From Citrobacter arsenatis (lineage in GTDB: Bacteria; Pseudomonadota; Gammaproteobacteria; Enterobacterales; Enterobacteriaceae): DNA of 40,000 nucleotides. The notes beneath the pieces were generated by a model. It was not told where the DNA came from and searched no databases. It worked only from the letters and a program-made list of their open reading frames with translations. The position numbers and the translations under genes are program-made. The DNA lies in assembly GCF_004353845.1 (NCBI RefSeq), contig NZ_CP037864.1:2987625-3027624 (forward strand). The letters run 5' to 3'. Of this stretch, positions 22,058 to 33,214 are shown in pieces (position 1 is the stretch's first letter; every line of letters begins with the position of its first letter).

Positions 22058-22765
22058 ATGTCAAACACGCCAATCGAGCTTAAAGGCAGTAGCTTCACCT
22101 TATCAGTGGTTCATTTACATGAAGCAGAACCCGAGGTTATTCGTCAGGCGTTAGAAGACAAAATCGCGCAGGCACCGGCTTTTTTAAAACATGCTCCCGT
22201 GGTGGTTAACGTGAGTGGTCTTGAAAGCCCGGTAAACTGGTCAGCGCTACAGAAAGTTGTCGCGTCTACCGGATTGCGCATTATTGGCGTTAGCGGATGC
22301 AAAGACGCCAGACTCAAGGCTGAAATCGACGAAATGGGTCTTCCTTTACTGACTGAAGGTAAAGAAAAAGCTATTCGTCCTGCGCCTGTTGAGGCCCCGG
22401 CTCCCGTCGCTCCGCCGCAAAACGTTACTCCCATCACAAAAACACGATTAATAAATGTGCCGGTTCGTTCCGGTCAGCGCATTTATGCTCCACAATGTGA
22501 TCTGATTGTTACAAGCCACGTCAGTGCAGGCGCAGAGCTTATCGCTGATGGTAATATTCATGTTTATGGCATGATGAGAGGCCGTGCACTGGCAGGTGCA
22601 AGCGGCGATCGGGAAGCGCAAATTTTTTGTACCCACTTGACGGCAGAACTGGTGTCTATCGCAGGTGTTTATTGGCTGAGTGATAAAATCCCAGCAGAAT
22701 TTTATGGCAAAGCGGCCCGTCTGCAATTAGCAGAGAACGCTTTGACAGTTCAACCGTTGAATTGA
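22058..22765 (+). CDS. minC: Septum site-determining protein MinC
   Basis: I place the start at the ATG at 22058 ([25 protein letters not shown]). Confidence 0.95.
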   Translation: MSNTPIELKGSSFTLSVVHLHEAEPEVIRQALEDKIAQAPAFLKHAPVVVNVSGLESPVNWSALQKVVASTGLRIIGVSGCKDARLKAEIDEMGLPLLTEGKEKAIRPAPVEAPAPVAPPQNVTPITKTRLINVPVRSGQRIYAPQCDLIVTSHVSAGAELIADGNIHVYGMMRGRALAGASGDREAQIFCTHLTAELVSIAGVYWLSDKIPAEFYGKAARLQLAENALTVQPLN

Positions 22766-22788
22766 TCCCTTTTTAACAAGGAATTTCT

Positions 22789-23601
22789 ATGGCACGCATT
22801 ATTGTTGTTACTTCGGGTAAAGGGGGCGTTGGCAAAACCACCTCCAGCGCGGCCATCGCTACAGGTTTGGCCCAGAAGGGAAAGAAAACTGTCGTTATTG
22901 ATTTTGATATCGGCCTGCGTAACCTCGATCTGATTATGGGTTGTGAACGCCGCGTCGTTTACGACTTCGTCAACGTTATTCAGGGCGATGCGTCGTTAAA
23001 TCAGGCGTTAATCAAAGATAAGCGTACCGAAAATCTCTTTATTCTTCCGGCCTCACAGACTCGCGATAAAGACGCGCTGACGCGTGAAGGCGTCGCGAAA
23101 GTGCTGGACGACCTGAAAACGATGGAATTCGACTTCATCGTCTGTGATTCCCCGGCAGGTATTGAAACCGGCGCGCTGATGGCCCTGTATTTTGCCGATG
23201 AAGCGATTATCACCACCAACCCGGAAGTCTCTTCTGTACGTGACTCTGACCGTATTCTGGGTATTCTGGCGTCGAAATCTCGTCGCGCGGAAAACGGTGA
23301 AGATCCGATTAAAGAGCATCTGTTGCTTACGCGCTACAACCCTGGCCGCGTAAATAAAGGTGACATGCTGAGCATGGAAGACGTACTGGAAATTCTGCGA
23401 ATCAAGCTGGTTGGCGTGATTCCTGAAGATCAGTCAGTCCTGCGCGCGTCTAACCAGGGTGAGCCGGTTATTCTCGACATCAATGCTGATGCCGGTAAAG
23501 CCTATGCTGATACCGTAGACCGTCTGTTGGGAGAAGAACGTCCTTTCCGCTTCATTGAAGAAGAGAAGAAAGGTTTCCTCAAACGCCTGTTCGGAGGATA
23601 A
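22789..23601 (+). CDS. minD: Septum site-determining ATPase MinD
   Basis: 270 aa with MARIIVVTSGKGGVGKTT. Confidence 0.97.
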   Translation: MARIIVVTSGKGGVGKTTSSAAIATGLAQKGKKTVVIDFDIGLRNLDLIMGCERRVVYDFVNVIQGDASLNQALIKDKRTENLFILPASQTRDKDALTREGVAKVLDDLKTMEFDFIVCDSPAGIETGALMALYFADEAIITTNPEVSSVRDSDRILGILASKSRRAENGEDPIKEHLLLTRYNPGRVNKGDMLSMEDVLEILRIKLVGVIPEDQSVLRASNQGEPVILDINADAGKAYADTVDRLLGEERPFRFIEEEKKGFLKRLFGG

Positions 23602-23604
23602 GTT

Positions 23605-23871
23605 ATGGCATTACTGGATTTTTTTCTCTCGCGGAAAAAGAGCACAGCGAACATCGCTAAAGAGCGACTGCAGATTATTGTTGCGGAACGTCGTCGTAGT
23701 GACGCCGAGCCACATTATTTACCGCAGCTGAGGAAAGATATTCTCGAGGTTATCTGCAAGTATGTACAAATTGATCCTGAAATGGTCACCGTACAGCTTG
23801 AGCAAAAAGACGGCGATATTTCTATCCTCGAACTTAACGTGACATTACCTGAAGCCGAAGAATCTAAATAA
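23605..23871 (+). CDS. minE: Topological specificity factor MinE
   Basis: 88 aa with [12 protein letters not shown]. Confidence 0.97.
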
Positions 23872-23897
23872 CGGCTTTGCTCAGTGAGTCATTGTTA

Positions 23898-23927
23898 CAA
23901 AAAAGGCAGATTATTCTGCCTTTTTTA
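23898..23927. terminator. Bidirectional intrinsic terminator between minE and dmlR
   Basis: AAAAAA-GGCAGA-ttat-TCTGCC-TTTTTT. Confidence 0.8.
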
Positions 23928-23957
23928 TTTTCTGTGTCTTGCCAGACTGTAGCACCA

Positions 23958-24875
23958 TTATTCCAAAGTAAACTTTGGATAATTTTCCGCAAAATAGCTG
24001 CGCAAATACTCAACCGTAATACGGATTTTTGCCGATGTCGCCAGCCGGGAGACATAAACCGCCCATATATTGGCGGGTTGATAATACTCAGGCAATATAT
24101 GCACCAGATGCCCGCTGGCAATGTTGTCGCAAACGTCCCACCACGAACGCAAAGCAATTCCCTGCCCATCCAGACACCATTGATGTACTACTTCGCCATG
24201 ATTAGACGACAGCGGCCCCGTAACTTTAATCGAATGCGCGCCCTCTTTATTGCGCATTTGCCAGATACCAAACGGATGGTCGCGTTCTTTAATGACCAGG
24301 CAGGGAAAAGTAGAGAGATCGTTCAGTTGTTTCGGCACTCCATGCTGCGCCACAAACTCCGGCGAGGCGCACAGAATACGGTAGTTAGTCGCCAGCTTGC
24401 GGGCAATCAGGTTCGGCGCGATATCATCCCCGATACGAATATCGAGATCGACACCCTCATTCACCATATCCACCAGGCGGTCTTCAACATCAAACCTCAG
24501 CTCTAACTGCGGGTACTCTTTTGCCAGCGCAGACAACGCTGGAGCCACCACCCGGCGGCCAAAACCAAAGCTACTAATAATACGTAGCGTCCCCTGTGGG
24601 ATTTGCCTGGCATCAGACAGCTCATCCATCATCTGATCGACATCCTGCAGGATCCGCTGCGCCCATTCGTAGATCCGTTCCCCCTCTTCCGTGATGGTTA
24701 CGCGCCGCGTTGTCCGGTGCAATAGCACCACGTTCAGCGTCTGTTCCAGCAGGGCAACGCGCTTACTGATAAAAGCCGGAGATACGCCCAGCTCTTCGGC
24801 AACGGCGGCAAATCCAGCACGACGGGCAACCAGCATAAAGACGCGTAAATCATTTAACAGCGGCAGATTATTCAT
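23958..24875 (-). CDS. dmlR: LysR-family regulator DmlR (YeaT)
   Basis: I place the start at the ATG at 24875 (MNNLPLLNDLRVFMLVARRAGFAAVAEELGVSPAF). Confidence 0.9.
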   Translation of the reverse strand: MNNLPLLNDLRVFMLVARRAGFAAVAEELGVSPAFISKRVALLEQTLNVVLLHRTTRRVTITEEGERIYEWAQRILQDVDQMMDELSDARQIPQGTLRIISSFGFGRRVVAPALSALAKEYPQLELRFDVEDRLVDMVNEGVDLDIRIGDDIAPNLIARKLATNYRILCASPEFVAQHGVPKQLNDLSTFPCLVIKERDHPFGIWQMRNKEGAHSIKVTGPLSSNHGEVVHQWCLDGQGIALRSWWDVCDNIASGHLVHILPEYYQPANIWAVYVSRLATSAKIRITVEYLRSYFAENYPKFTLE

Positions 24876-24978
24876 GATCTGTGTTTTATGTTTCACCAGT
24901 TAGGGGGATTAACTATTAATCAGTCAATTATAGGATAAGGGGAAAGTCAATTTTGATGGCGTACAAGTGAGAGCTGCT

Positions 24979-26061
24979 ATGAAGAAAACCTGTCGTATTG
25001 CCGCTATCCCCGGAGATGGCATTGGTAAAGAAGTCCTGCCTGAAGGCATTCATGTGTTGCAGGCAGCCGCCGAACGTTGGGGATTGTCGCTCAGCTTTGA
25101 GCAAATGGAATGGGCCAGCTGCGAGTACTATGCCCATCACGGCAAGATGATGCCGGATGACTGGCATGAGCAGCTACAATCCTTCGATGCTATCTATTTT
25201 GGTGCCGTTGGCTGGCCGGACACCGTACCGGACCACATCTCATTATGGGGTTCACTGCTTAAGTTTCGCCGCGAATTTGACCAGTACGTCAACCTGCGCC
25301 CGGTGCGCCTGTTTCCGGGCGTCCCTTGCCCGCTGGCGGGCAAGCAGCCAGGCGACATTGATTTCTACGTCGTGCGTGAGAATACCGAGGGAGAATACTC
25401 TGCCCTCGGCGGACGCGTAAGCGAAGGTACCGAACACGAGGTGGTTATCCAGGAGTCGGTCTTCACCCGTCGCGGCGTGGATCGTATATTGCGGTACGCT
25501 TTCGAGCTGGCGCAAAACCGCCCGCGCAAAACCCTGACCTCGGCGACCAAATCTAACGGCCTGGCCATCAGCATGCCGTACTGGGACGAGCGCGTCGAAG
25601 CAATGGCGGCTAACTATCCCGAGATCCACTGGGATAAACAACATATCGATATACTCTGCGCCCGCTTTGTGATGCAGCCGGAGCGTTTTGACGTCGTGGT
25701 TGCTTCCAACCTGTTTGGCGACATCCTCTCCGATCTCGGTCCAGCCTGTACCGGAACGATTGGCATTGCGCCTTCTGCCAACTTAAACCCGGAACGCACC
25801 TTCCCGTCCCTGTTCGAGCCGGTACATGGTTCAGCCCCGGATATCTACGGCAAGAACATCGCCAACCCTATTGCAACTATCTGGGCTGGTGCCATGATGC
25901 TCGACTTCCTTGGTAACGGTGATGCTAACTATAAAGCTGCCCACGACGGCATTCTGGCGGCAATTGAGCAGGTCATTGCCAGCGGCCCGAAAACGCCGGA
26001 TATGAAAGGCAACGCCACCACCCAACAGGTGGGCGAAGCCATCTCTCGGGCACTGCGTTAG
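24979..26061 (+). CDS. dmlA: D-malate dehydrogenase (decarboxylating) DmlA (YeaU)
   Basis: I place the start at the ATG at 24979 (MKKTCRIAAIPGDGIGKEV). Isopropylmalate/tartrate dehydrogenase family. Confidence 0.9.
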   Translation: MKKTCRIAAIPGDGIGKEVLPEGIHVLQAAAERWGLSLSFEQMEWASCEYYAHHGKMMPDDWHEQLQSFDAIYFGAVGWPDTVPDHISLWGSLLKFRREFDQYVNLRPVRLFPGVPCPLAGKQPGDIDFYVVRENTEGEYSALGGRVSEGTEHEVVIQESVFTRRGVDRILRYAFELAQNRPRKTLTSATKSNGLAISMPYWDERVEAMAANYPEIHWDKQHIDILCARFVMQPERFDVVVASNLFGDILSDLGPACTGTIGIAPSANLNPERTFPSLFEPVHGSAPDIYGKNIANPIATIWAGAMMLDFLGNGDANYKAAHDGILAAIEQVIASGPKTPDMKGNATTQQVGEAISRALR

Positions 26062-26081
26062 AGGTCAAACCACGAAATATG

Positions 26082-26108
26082 AGCCGCGTCACTGACGCGG
26101 CTTTTTTA
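26082..26108 (+). terminator. Intrinsic terminator after dmlA
   Basis: AGCCGCGTC-act-GACGCGGCT followed by TTTTTT. Confidence 0.85.
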
Positions 26109-26313
26109 TGCGTTTTATGGCATCAATAACCTGCGCCAATTCACCTTTTATTATTTCCGTTCCGTGTTTTATTGCTTCACGCATCGAGTAATTGTTTAAT
26201 TCATGTAAAGAACAAATAATAAAATTGTTAAAAATAAAAATCGCTGATTCCCTACAGCATGATAACAACGACAGGCTAATGCCATACGCGGGCAACTGTG
26301 CCCAGGAGATCCC

Positions 26314-27915
26314 ATGTTGAGCAACGTTAAGAAAAAAGACATGCCGCTGATAGCCATCAGCCTGGTGGCTATTCTTTTCATCGCCGCCACACTTAGTCTC
26401 TTCCCTCAGCAGTCTGCACAAGTCGCAAATACCCTTTTTAACGGCGTTACCCGGATGCTGGGTTCCGCCGTGCAGATCCTCGTTCTGATGGCGATGGGTC
26501 TGGTCGTCTGGCTGGCCACCAGCAAATACGGCAACATTCGTCTGGGAGAAGGAAAAGCGGAATACAGCACGCTGTCCTGGCTGTTTATGTTTATTTGTGC
26601 CGGACTAGGTTCCTCCACGCTCTACTGGGGCGTTGCTGAGTGGGCCTATTATTACCAGACCCCTGGTCTGAATATCGCGCCGCACTCGCAAAAAGCGCTG
26701 GAATACAGCTTACCCTACTCTTTTTTCCATTGGGGAATCAGCGCCTGGGCGACCTATACGCTGGCTTCATTAACCATGGCCTACCACTTCCATGTACGTA
26801 AAAACAAAGGGCTGAGCCTGTCCGGAATAATCGCCGCTATCACCGGCGTGCATCCGCAGGGCGTCTGGGGCCGGCTGGTTGATTTGATGTTCCTGATCGC
26901 GACAGTTGGCGCGTTAACCATCTCTCTGGTTGTCACCGCCGCCACCTTTACCCGCGGTTTAGCTGCTCTCACAGGTTTACCGGATAACTTCACCGTACAG
27001 GCGTTTGTTATTCTGTTCTCTGGCGGCATTTTCTGTCTGAGCTCCTGGATTGGCATCAACAACGGCTTGCAACGTCTGAGCAAAATGGTCGGCTGGGGGG
27101 CTTTTTTACTGCCGCTGCTGGTGCTGATTGTCGGCCCGACCGAGTTCATCACCAACAACATCATTAACGCCATCGGTCTGACGACACAAAACTTTTTGCA
27201 GATGAGCCTGTTCACCGACCCGCTCGGCAACGGTGAGTTCACCCGCAACTGGACGGTGTTCTACTGGCTTTGGTGGATCTCCTACACCCCAGGCGTGGCA
27301 ATGTTTGTCACTCGCGTATCCCGTGGTCGCAAAATCAAAGAGGTTATCTGGGCGTTAATCCTCGGTAGTACCGTTGGCTGCTGGTTCTTCTTTGGCGTGA
27401 TGGAAAGCTACTCCATTCACCAGTTTGTGACCGGTGTGATCGACGTACCGCAGATTATGGCCACGTTAGGTGGCGAAACAGCCGTACAGCAAGTACTGAT
27501 GTCGTTGCCGGCCGGGAAACTGTTCCTGGTGGCGTATCTGGCGATCATGATTATTTTCCTCGCCTCGCATATGGATGCCGTCGCCTACACCATGGCGGCC
27601 ACCAGCACGCGTAACCTGCAGGAAGGGGAAGATCCGCAGCGTAGCTTACGACTGTTCTGGTGCGTGGTCATCACCCTGATCCCATTATCGATTTTGTTCA
27701 CCGGCGCGTCCCTGGAAACCATGAAGACCACGGTGGTTCTGACCGCACTTCCCTTCCTCGCCATTCTGTTAGTGAAGGTTGGCGGTTTTCTTCGTTGGGT
27801 ACGGCAGGACTATGCCCACGTTCCTGCACATCAAATTGAAAGTCATCTTCCCGAAACGCCAGTGGACGTCCCCGTCGTACCACCGGCCGGGACATTACTC
27901 AAAGGCGATAATTAA
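26314..27915 (+). CDS. yeaV: BCCT-family transporter YeaV
   Basis: 533-aa polytopic membrane protein with the BCCT Trp-rich motif ([27 protein letters not shown]). The start is uncertain (Met1 or Met10). Confidence 0.85.
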   Translation: MLSNVKKKDMPLIAISLVAILFIAATLSLFPQQSAQVANTLFNGVTRMLGSAVQILVLMAMGLVVWLATSKYGNIRLGEGKAEYSTLSWLFMFICAGLGSSTLYWGVAEWAYYYQTPGLNIAPHSQKALEYSLPYSFFHWGISAWATYTLASLTMAYHFHVRKNKGLSLSGIIAAITGVHPQGVWGRLVDLMFLIATVGALTISLVVTAATFTRGLAALTGLPDNFTVQAFVILFSGGIFCLSSWIGINNGLQRLSKMVGWGAFLLPLLVLIVGPTEFITNNIINAIGLTTQNFLQMSLFTDPLGNGEFTRNWTVFYWLWWISYTPGVAMFVTRVSRGRKIKEVIWALILGSTVGCWFFFGVMESYSIHQFVTGVIDVPQIMATLGGETAVQQVLMSLPAGKLFLVAYLAIMIIFLASHMDAVAYTMAATSTRNLQEGEDPQRSLRLFWCVVITLIPLSILFTGASLETMKTTVVLTALPFLAILLVKVGGFLRWVRQDYAHVPAHQIESHLPETPVDVPVVPPAGTLLKGDN

Positions 27916-27959
27916 GCGCCAGCAAAAAATCCTCTTACTCACAAATTAAAGGTATTCCA

Positions 27960-29084
27960 ATGAGCAATCTGAGCCCTGAGTTTATTCTGCCGCAAAATTT
28001 CTGTGCCAACCCGCAGGACGCCTGGACGATCCCTGCCCGGTTCTATACCGACCATCAGGCTTTCGAGCACGAGCAGGAGAAAGTGTTCGCTAAGAGCTGG
28101 ATTTGCGTCGCCCACAGTAGCGAGCTGGCGAAACCCAATGACTATGTTACCCGGGAAGTGATCGGCGAGAACATCGTGCTGGTACGTGGTCGCGATAACG
28201 TGCTGCGCGCATTCTACAACGTTTGCCCGCATCGCGGTCATCAGTTACTCAGCGGCGAAGGGAAAGCGAAAAATGTGATTACCTGCCCTTACCACGCCTG
28301 GGCGTTCAAGCTTGACGGCAACCTGGCGCATGCGCGTAACTGCGAAAACGTCGCCAACTTTGACAGTGAGAAAGCGCACCTCACCCCGGTACGGCTGGAA
28401 GAATATGCCGGATTCGTGTTTATCAACATGGATCCGAACGCGGGCAGCGTGGAAGAACAACTCCCAGGTCTTGCAGACAAAGTTATCGAAGCCTGCCCTG
28501 ATGTGCATGACCTGAAACTGGCGGCGCGCTTTACGACCCGTACTCCAGCCAACTGGAAGAATATTGTCGATAACTATTTGGAGTGCTACCACTGCGGCCC
28601 GGCTCACCCTGGTTTTTCCGACTCGGTTCAGGTTGATCGTTACTGGCACACCATGCACGGCAACTGGACGCTGCAATACGGTTTCGCCAAACCGTCAGAG
28701 CAGTCATTTAAGTTCGAAGAAGGTGTTGATGCCGCCTTCCACGGATTCTGGCTGTGGCCGTGCACCATGCTCAACGTCACGCCAATCAAAGGCATGATGA
28801 CCGTTATCTACGAATTCCCGGTGGATGCAGAAACCACGCTGCAAAACTATGACATCTACTTCACCAACGAAGAGCTGACCGAAGAGCAGAAACAACTGAT
28901 CGAATGGTATCGCAACGTCTTCCGCCCTGAAGATTTACGTCTGGTTGAAAGCGTCCAAAAAGGGCTGAAATCGCGCGGGTATCGCGGTCAAGGCCGCATT
29001 ATGGCCGACACCAGCGGCAGCGGTATCTCCGAACATGGCATTGCCCATTTCCATAATCTGGTCGCACAGGTGTTTCAGGAATAA
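27960..29084 (+). CDS. yeaW: Rieske-type oxygenase subunit YeaW (carnitine monooxygenase CntA homologue)
   Basis: 374 aa with the Rieske motif CPHRGH...CPYHAW. Confidence 0.9.
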   Translation: MSNLSPEFILPQNFCANPQDAWTIPARFYTDHQAFEHEQEKVFAKSWICVAHSSELAKPNDYVTREVIGENIVLVRGRDNVLRAFYNVCPHRGHQLLSGEGKAKNVITCPYHAWAFKLDGNLAHARNCENVANFDSEKAHLTPVRLEEYAGFVFINMDPNAGSVEEQLPGLADKVIEACPDVHDLKLAARFTTRTPANWKNIVDNYLECYHCGPAHPGFSDSVQVDRYWHTMHGNWTLQYGFAKPSEQSFKFEEGVDAAFHGFWLWPCTMLNVTPIKGMMTVIYEFPVDAETTLQNYDIYFTNEELTEEQKQLIEWYRNVFRPEDLRLVESVQKGLKSRGYRGQGRIMADTSGSGISEHGIAHFHNLVAQVFQE

Positions 29085-29155
29085 CCAGGGGCTGTAACGA
29101 CAGGTTCCGGCGCATCGTTAAGCCGCGCCGGACAGATTTTTTAGGGAGTGCCGCA

Positions 29156-30121
29156 ATGTCTGATTATCAAATGCAAGAAGTCCGGGTCAGCCGGATTGAG
29201 ACGATTACCGCGCAGGTAAAACGCTTTACCTTAACGGCGACATCAGGCGAGCCGTTGCCCGCGTTTCAGGGTGGCAGCCATATTATCGTGCAGATGCGTG
29301 ATGGTGAAAACCTATACAGCAATGCGTACTCGCTGATGAGTTCACCCTTCGATACCAGCGCCTGGCAGATCGCCGTACGACTGGAAGAAGCATCCAAAGG
29401 CGGCTCACGATATCTGCACCAAAAGGTCAAACCCGGCGACACGCTCACGATCTCCACACCAAACAATCTCTTCGCCCTCGCCCCTCAGGCACAGAAACAT
29501 CTGTTGATTGCCGGTGGTATCGGCATTACACCGTTTTTATCGCAGATCCCGGAGCTGGAACACTCTCAGGCAGAGTGGCAGCTACATTATTGCTCTCCAG
29601 GCCAGGACAACTGCGCATTTCATGACGAACTCCTGCAACACCCCAGCGCCGGTCGCATTCATCTGCACCTGTCAAGCGCAGGCACCCGCCTTGATTTAGC
29701 CCGCCTGCTGGCCGATGTTGAACCCGGCACGCACATTTACACCTGCGGGCCAGCGGTGCTCAACGATGCCGTCAGAGAAGCGGCTTCCCGCCATGGGCTG
29801 GACAGCAATACGCTACATTTCGAACAATTTGCGTTGGAAGATAAAAGCGGTGACGCCTTTACCCTGGTGCTGGCGCGTTCCGGGCGTGAGTTTGTGGTCC
29901 CGGAAGAGATGACCATTTTGCAGGTTATTGAAAATAACAAAGCCGCGCGCGTTGAGTGCCTGTGCCGGGAAGGCGTTTGCGGCACCTGCGAAACGACGAT
30001 TCTTGAAGGGGAAGCGGATCACCGCGATCAGTATTTCAGCGACGACGAAAAAGCCAGCCAGCAGAGCATGCTCATTTGCTGCTCACGCGCCAAAGGTAAG
30101 CGCCTGGTACTTGATTTGTAA
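29156..30121 (+). CDS. yeaX: Reductase subunit YeaX (CntB homologue; flavin plus 2Fe-2S ferredoxin)
   Basis: 321 aa with C-terminal CREGVCGTCET. Confidence 0.9.
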   Translation: MSDYQMQEVRVSRIETITAQVKRFTLTATSGEPLPAFQGGSHIIVQMRDGENLYSNAYSLMSSPFDTSAWQIAVRLEEASKGGSRYLHQKVKPGDTLTISTPNNLFALAPQAQKHLLIAGGIGITPFLSQIPELEHSQAEWQLHYCSPGQDNCAFHDELLQHPSAGRIHLHLSSAGTRLDLARLLADVEPGTHIYTCGPAVLNDAVREAASRHGLDSNTLHFEQFALEDKSGDAFTLVLARSGREFVVPEEMTILQVIENNKAARVECLCREGVCGTCETTILEGEADHRDQYFSDDEKASQQSMLICCSRAKGKRLVLDL

Positions 30122-30170
30122 CGTTGCACAGGCCGGGTCAACAAGAGCGTGACCCGGCAACTCTGATAAC

Positions 30171-31298
30171 TTACTGCGGGTATTCCTGCAACAGCGCGTT
30201 GAGACGATCGGACATCAGTTCGCCACGCCAGCCGGAAACCAGCTCCGGCAGGGTCTGCTGCGGCTTTAATTTCCAGTGCCAGTTGAGCAACTGGTTGATC
30301 TGACGACGTGAAGCCAGCAGTTCGACGCTGAGATTTTGTTCTGCGCTCACTTCTGCAACCAGCGCCTTAATGGCTTTGAACGCCTTGCGATACCCTGGCA
30401 TATCCATCAAATTCAGCAGCGGCTGCGGCAGCGACTCTTCCGGTAAAGCTTGCGCCTTTTCTACCAGGGAAATCAGCGTCTTGCCGTGGAAGCGAATTTC
30501 GCTCCCGGAAAGGCCCAGGCTATCCAGTTCACCCAGGCTGCCCGGCATATAACGGGCTACCGACCACAGATGCTCTTCACGCACCACGAAGTTTACCGCC
30601 AGATCGCGCTCACGCGCTTTGCGCAGTCGCCAGTCGGCAAGCAGTTGCAGACAGGCCAACTGACGGGTACGCAATTGCCAGGCGTTGGTGATGTCGCGCC
30701 AGGCATCCTCTGGTGCCAGAATATCCTGGCGACGCTGCTGCATCAAGCGGCATTCGTCCAGCGCGGCAGGCAGCCAACCGCTGGCTTCAGTTTCAGCCAT
30801 CAGCTTTGTGGTGATCGGTAACAGATACCAGACGTCAGCCGCCGCGTATTCGCACTGACGCTCAGTCAGCGGTCTGGCCAACCAGTCGGTACGCGACTCG
30901 CTTTTGTCGAGCGCCACGCCCGTAAACTCTTCCACCATCGCGGCGAATCCCCACGACAGCGGACGACCGCAAAAAGCGGCCAGGATTTGTGTGTCAATCA
31001 ACGGCTGCGGAAGTTCGCCAAAAGCGTTGAGAAACACTTCCAGGTCTTCGCTTCCCGCATGCAGGAATTTGGTGATGGCGGTATCACGTAGAATATCGCG
31101 CAATGGCGACCAGTCGGTGATCCCCTGCGGATCAATCAGAGCAACGTGTTTGCCATCAAACAGCTGGATCAGCCCCAACTGCGGATAATAGGTACGCGTG
31201 CGAACAAATTCTGTATCCAGGGCTATCGCCGGAAATTCACGGACGGCTTCACACAGCGTGGCCAACGCGTCGTCCGTGGTGATCATTTGATAATTCAA
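30171..31298 (-). CDS. rnd: Ribonuclease D
   Basis: 375 aa. The start codon is TTG (reverse complement of caa at 31296-31298), as known for E. coli rnd. Confidence 0.92.
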   Translation of the reverse strand: MNYQMITTDDALATLCEAVREFPAIALDTEFVRTRTYYPQLGLIQLFDGKHVALIDPQGITDWSPLRDILRDTAITKFLHAGSEDLEVFLNAFGELPQPLIDTQILAAFCGRPLSWGFAAMVEEFTGVALDKSESRTDWLARPLTERQCEYAAADVWYLLPITTKLMAETEASGWLPAALDECRLMQQRRQDILAPEDAWRDITNAWQLRTRQLACLQLLADWRLRKARERDLAVNFVVREEHLWSVARYMPGSLGELDSLGLSGSEIRFHGKTLISLVEKAQALPEESLPQPLLNLMDMPGYRKAFKAIKALVAEVSAEQNLSVELLASRRQINQLLNWHWKLKPQQTLPELVSGWRGELMSDRLNALLQEYPQ

Positions 31299-31322
31299 AT
31301 CGTGCTCTCTTAGGTTTGCGCC

Positions 31323-31351
31323 AAAAAAAACGCCGGATTACCCGGCGTTTT
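31323..31351 (-). terminator. fadD terminator / rnd upstream hairpin with a U8 tract
   Basis: In the minus sense, CGCCGG-gtaat-CCGGCG is followed by eight T. It lies between the fadD stop and the rnd TTG start. Confidence 0.75.
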
Positions 31352-31370
31352 CTACTGGCTGACTTAACGC

Positions 31371-33056
31371 TCAGCCTTTATTGTCCACTTTGGCGCGCGC
31401 TTCGTCACGTAATTCTCGTCGCAAAATTTTACCGACGTTAGATTTCGGCAGCTCATCGCGAAACTCCACCAGCTTCGGTACTTTATAACCCGTCAGGTGA
31501 CGACGACAGAAAGTGACCAGCGCCTCATCGGTTAACGAGGCATCTTTCTTCACCACGAAAATTTTTACTGCTTCACCGCTGCTGCCTGAAGGAACGCCAA
31601 CTGCAGCCACTTCCTGCACGCCAGGATGTTGCATAACCACGTCTTCAATTTCGTTCGGATAAACGTTAAAGCCGGAGACCAGGATCATATCTTTTTTACG
31701 ATCGACAATTCGCAGGAAGCCTTCTTCATCCATCACCGCAATATCGCCGGTGTGCAGCCAGCCGTCTTTAACGATTTCGTCAGTGGCGTCTGGTCGCTGC
31801 CAGTAGCCCAGCATCACCTGCGGACCTTTCACGCACAGTTCGCCCGGTTCTCCCGGCGGCACTTCGTTGTCGTCGTCATCCACCAGTTTGACCTCGGTGG
31901 AAGGAACAGGTAACCCGATACTGCCGCTATGGTAGTCGATATCGTGCGGGTTGACGCTCACCAGCGGGGCGCACTCCGTCAGACCATAGCCTTCCAGCAG
32001 ATACTGCCCCGTCAGCTTCACCCAACGTTCAGCTACCGCCTGTTGAACCGGCATGCCGCCGCCTGCTGAAAGGTGCAGTGACGAGAAATCCAGTTGCTGG
32101 AACTCTTTGTTATTCAGCAGCGCGTTAAACAGCGTATTGACGCCGGTCATCGCGGTGAACGGATACTTCGCCAGCTCTTTTACCAGCCCTGGAATATCAC
32201 GCGGGTTAGTAATCAGCAGGTTTTGACCGCCCAGCTCAATAAACAGCAGGCAGTTCATCGTTAGCGCAAAAATGTGATACAGCGGTAGGGCCGTTACCAC
32301 CAACTCTTTACCCGGATGCAGCAACGGGCCATAGGTGGCGTTAACCTGCTCCAGATTAGCCAGCATGTTACGGTGCGTGAGCATCGCGCCTTTCGCCACG
32401 CCGGTTGTCCCGCCGGTATATTGCAGGAACGCCAAATCTTCCGACACTACTTCAGGCTTCACGTACTGCATGCGATAACCGTTTTGCAGCGCACTGCGAA
32501 ACGAGATGGCATCCGGCAGGTGATATTTCGGCACCAGCCGCTTGATATACTTGACGACGAAGTTGACCAGCGTCCCTTTAGCGGTTGACAGCTGATCGCC
32601 CATCCGCGTCAGGATAACGTGTTGCACCGACGTTTTGTCGACCACTTTTTCCAACGTGTGGGCAAAGTTAGACACGATGACAATTGCCGACGCGCCGCTG
32701 TCGTTAAGCTGATGTTCCAGCTCGCGAGGCGTGTACAGCGGGTTCACGTTCACGACGATCATGCCGGCACGTAAAATCCCAAACAGTGCGACCGGATATT
32801 GCAGCAGGTTCGGCATCATCAGCGCGACGCGATCGCCCTTTTTCAGCCCGAGTCCTTGTTGCAAATAGGCCGCAAATGCCCGGCTACGTTCTTCAAGCTT
32901 GCGGAAGGTCATCACCTCCCCCATGTTTACAAACGCAGGCTGATCGGCATACCGTCTTACTGAGTGTTCAAAGAGTTCCACCAGGGATTGATAACGGTCA
33001 GGATTGATCTCCGCAGGAACACCAGCGGGATAACGGTTAAGCCAAACCTTTTTCAA
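31371..33056 (-). CDS. fadD: Long-chain-fatty-acid--CoA ligase FadD
   Basis: I place the start at the TTG at 33056 ([10 protein letters not shown]), preceded by AGAGGTGA. This gives 561 aa as in E. coli. The longer ATG-initiated frame has no homologous N-terminus. Confidence 0.9.
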   Translation of the reverse strand: MKKVWLNRYPAGVPAEINPDRYQSLVELFEHSVRRYADQPAFVNMGEVMTFRKLEERSRAFAAYLQQGLGLKKGDRVALMMPNLLQYPVALFGILRAGMIVVNVNPLYTPRELEHQLNDSGASAIVIVSNFAHTLEKVVDKTSVQHVILTRMGDQLSTAKGTLVNFVVKYIKRLVPKYHLPDAISFRSALQNGYRMQYVKPEVVSEDLAFLQYTGGTTGVAKGAMLTHRNMLANLEQVNATYGPLLHPGKELVVTALPLYHIFALTMNCLLFIELGGQNLLITNPRDIPGLVKELAKYPFTAMTGVNTLFNALLNNKEFQQLDFSSLHLSAGGGMPVQQAVAERWVKLTGQYLLEGYGLTECAPLVSVNPHDIDYHSGSIGLPVPSTEVKLVDDDDNEVPPGEPGELCVKGPQVMLGYWQRPDATDEIVKDGWLHTGDIAVMDEEGFLRIVDRKKDMILVSGFNVYPNEIEDVVMQHPGVQEVAAVGVPSGSSGEAVKIFVVKKDASLTDEALVTFCRRHLTGYKVPKLVEFRDELPKSNVGKILRRELRDEARAKVDNKG

Positions 33057-33128
33057 TACATCACCTCTAAAATGCGTATTCGTCGTCATCACAACCCCAG
33101 GCAATAAACAAACTGTTAACATAATATT

Positions 33129-33145
33129 AACTCAGCGTACCAGTT
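33129..33145 (-). promoter_or_regulatory. Candidate FadR operator 1 of fadD
   Basis: In the minus sense, AACTGGTACGCTGAGTT resembles the E. coli fadD site AGCTGGTATGATGAGTT as I recall it. Confidence 0.5.
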
Positions 33146-33214
33146 TGTTTATTACACAACGACAAGGTTGCGAAGCACGTCACTATTTATTTTTCTTATA
33201 TCCACGTTAATGCA

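Noticed and set aside
23877-24506. 209-aa plus-strand ORF
   Set aside because: It is antisense to the well-conserved dmlR frame and starts inside the minE/dmlR terminator.
26089-26421. 110-aa minus-strand ORF between dmlA and yeaV
   Set aside because: It overlaps the dmlA terminator, the AT-rich promoter region and the yeaV start, with no Shine-Dalgarno.
29107-29131. CCGGCGC-N11-GCGCCGG hairpin between yeaW and yeaX, and GCCGGGTCA-N9-TGACCCGGC at 30132-30158, as mobile REP elements
   Set aside because: Each is a single copy with no REP consensus. They are probably ordinary intercistronic and convergent-gene hairpins.
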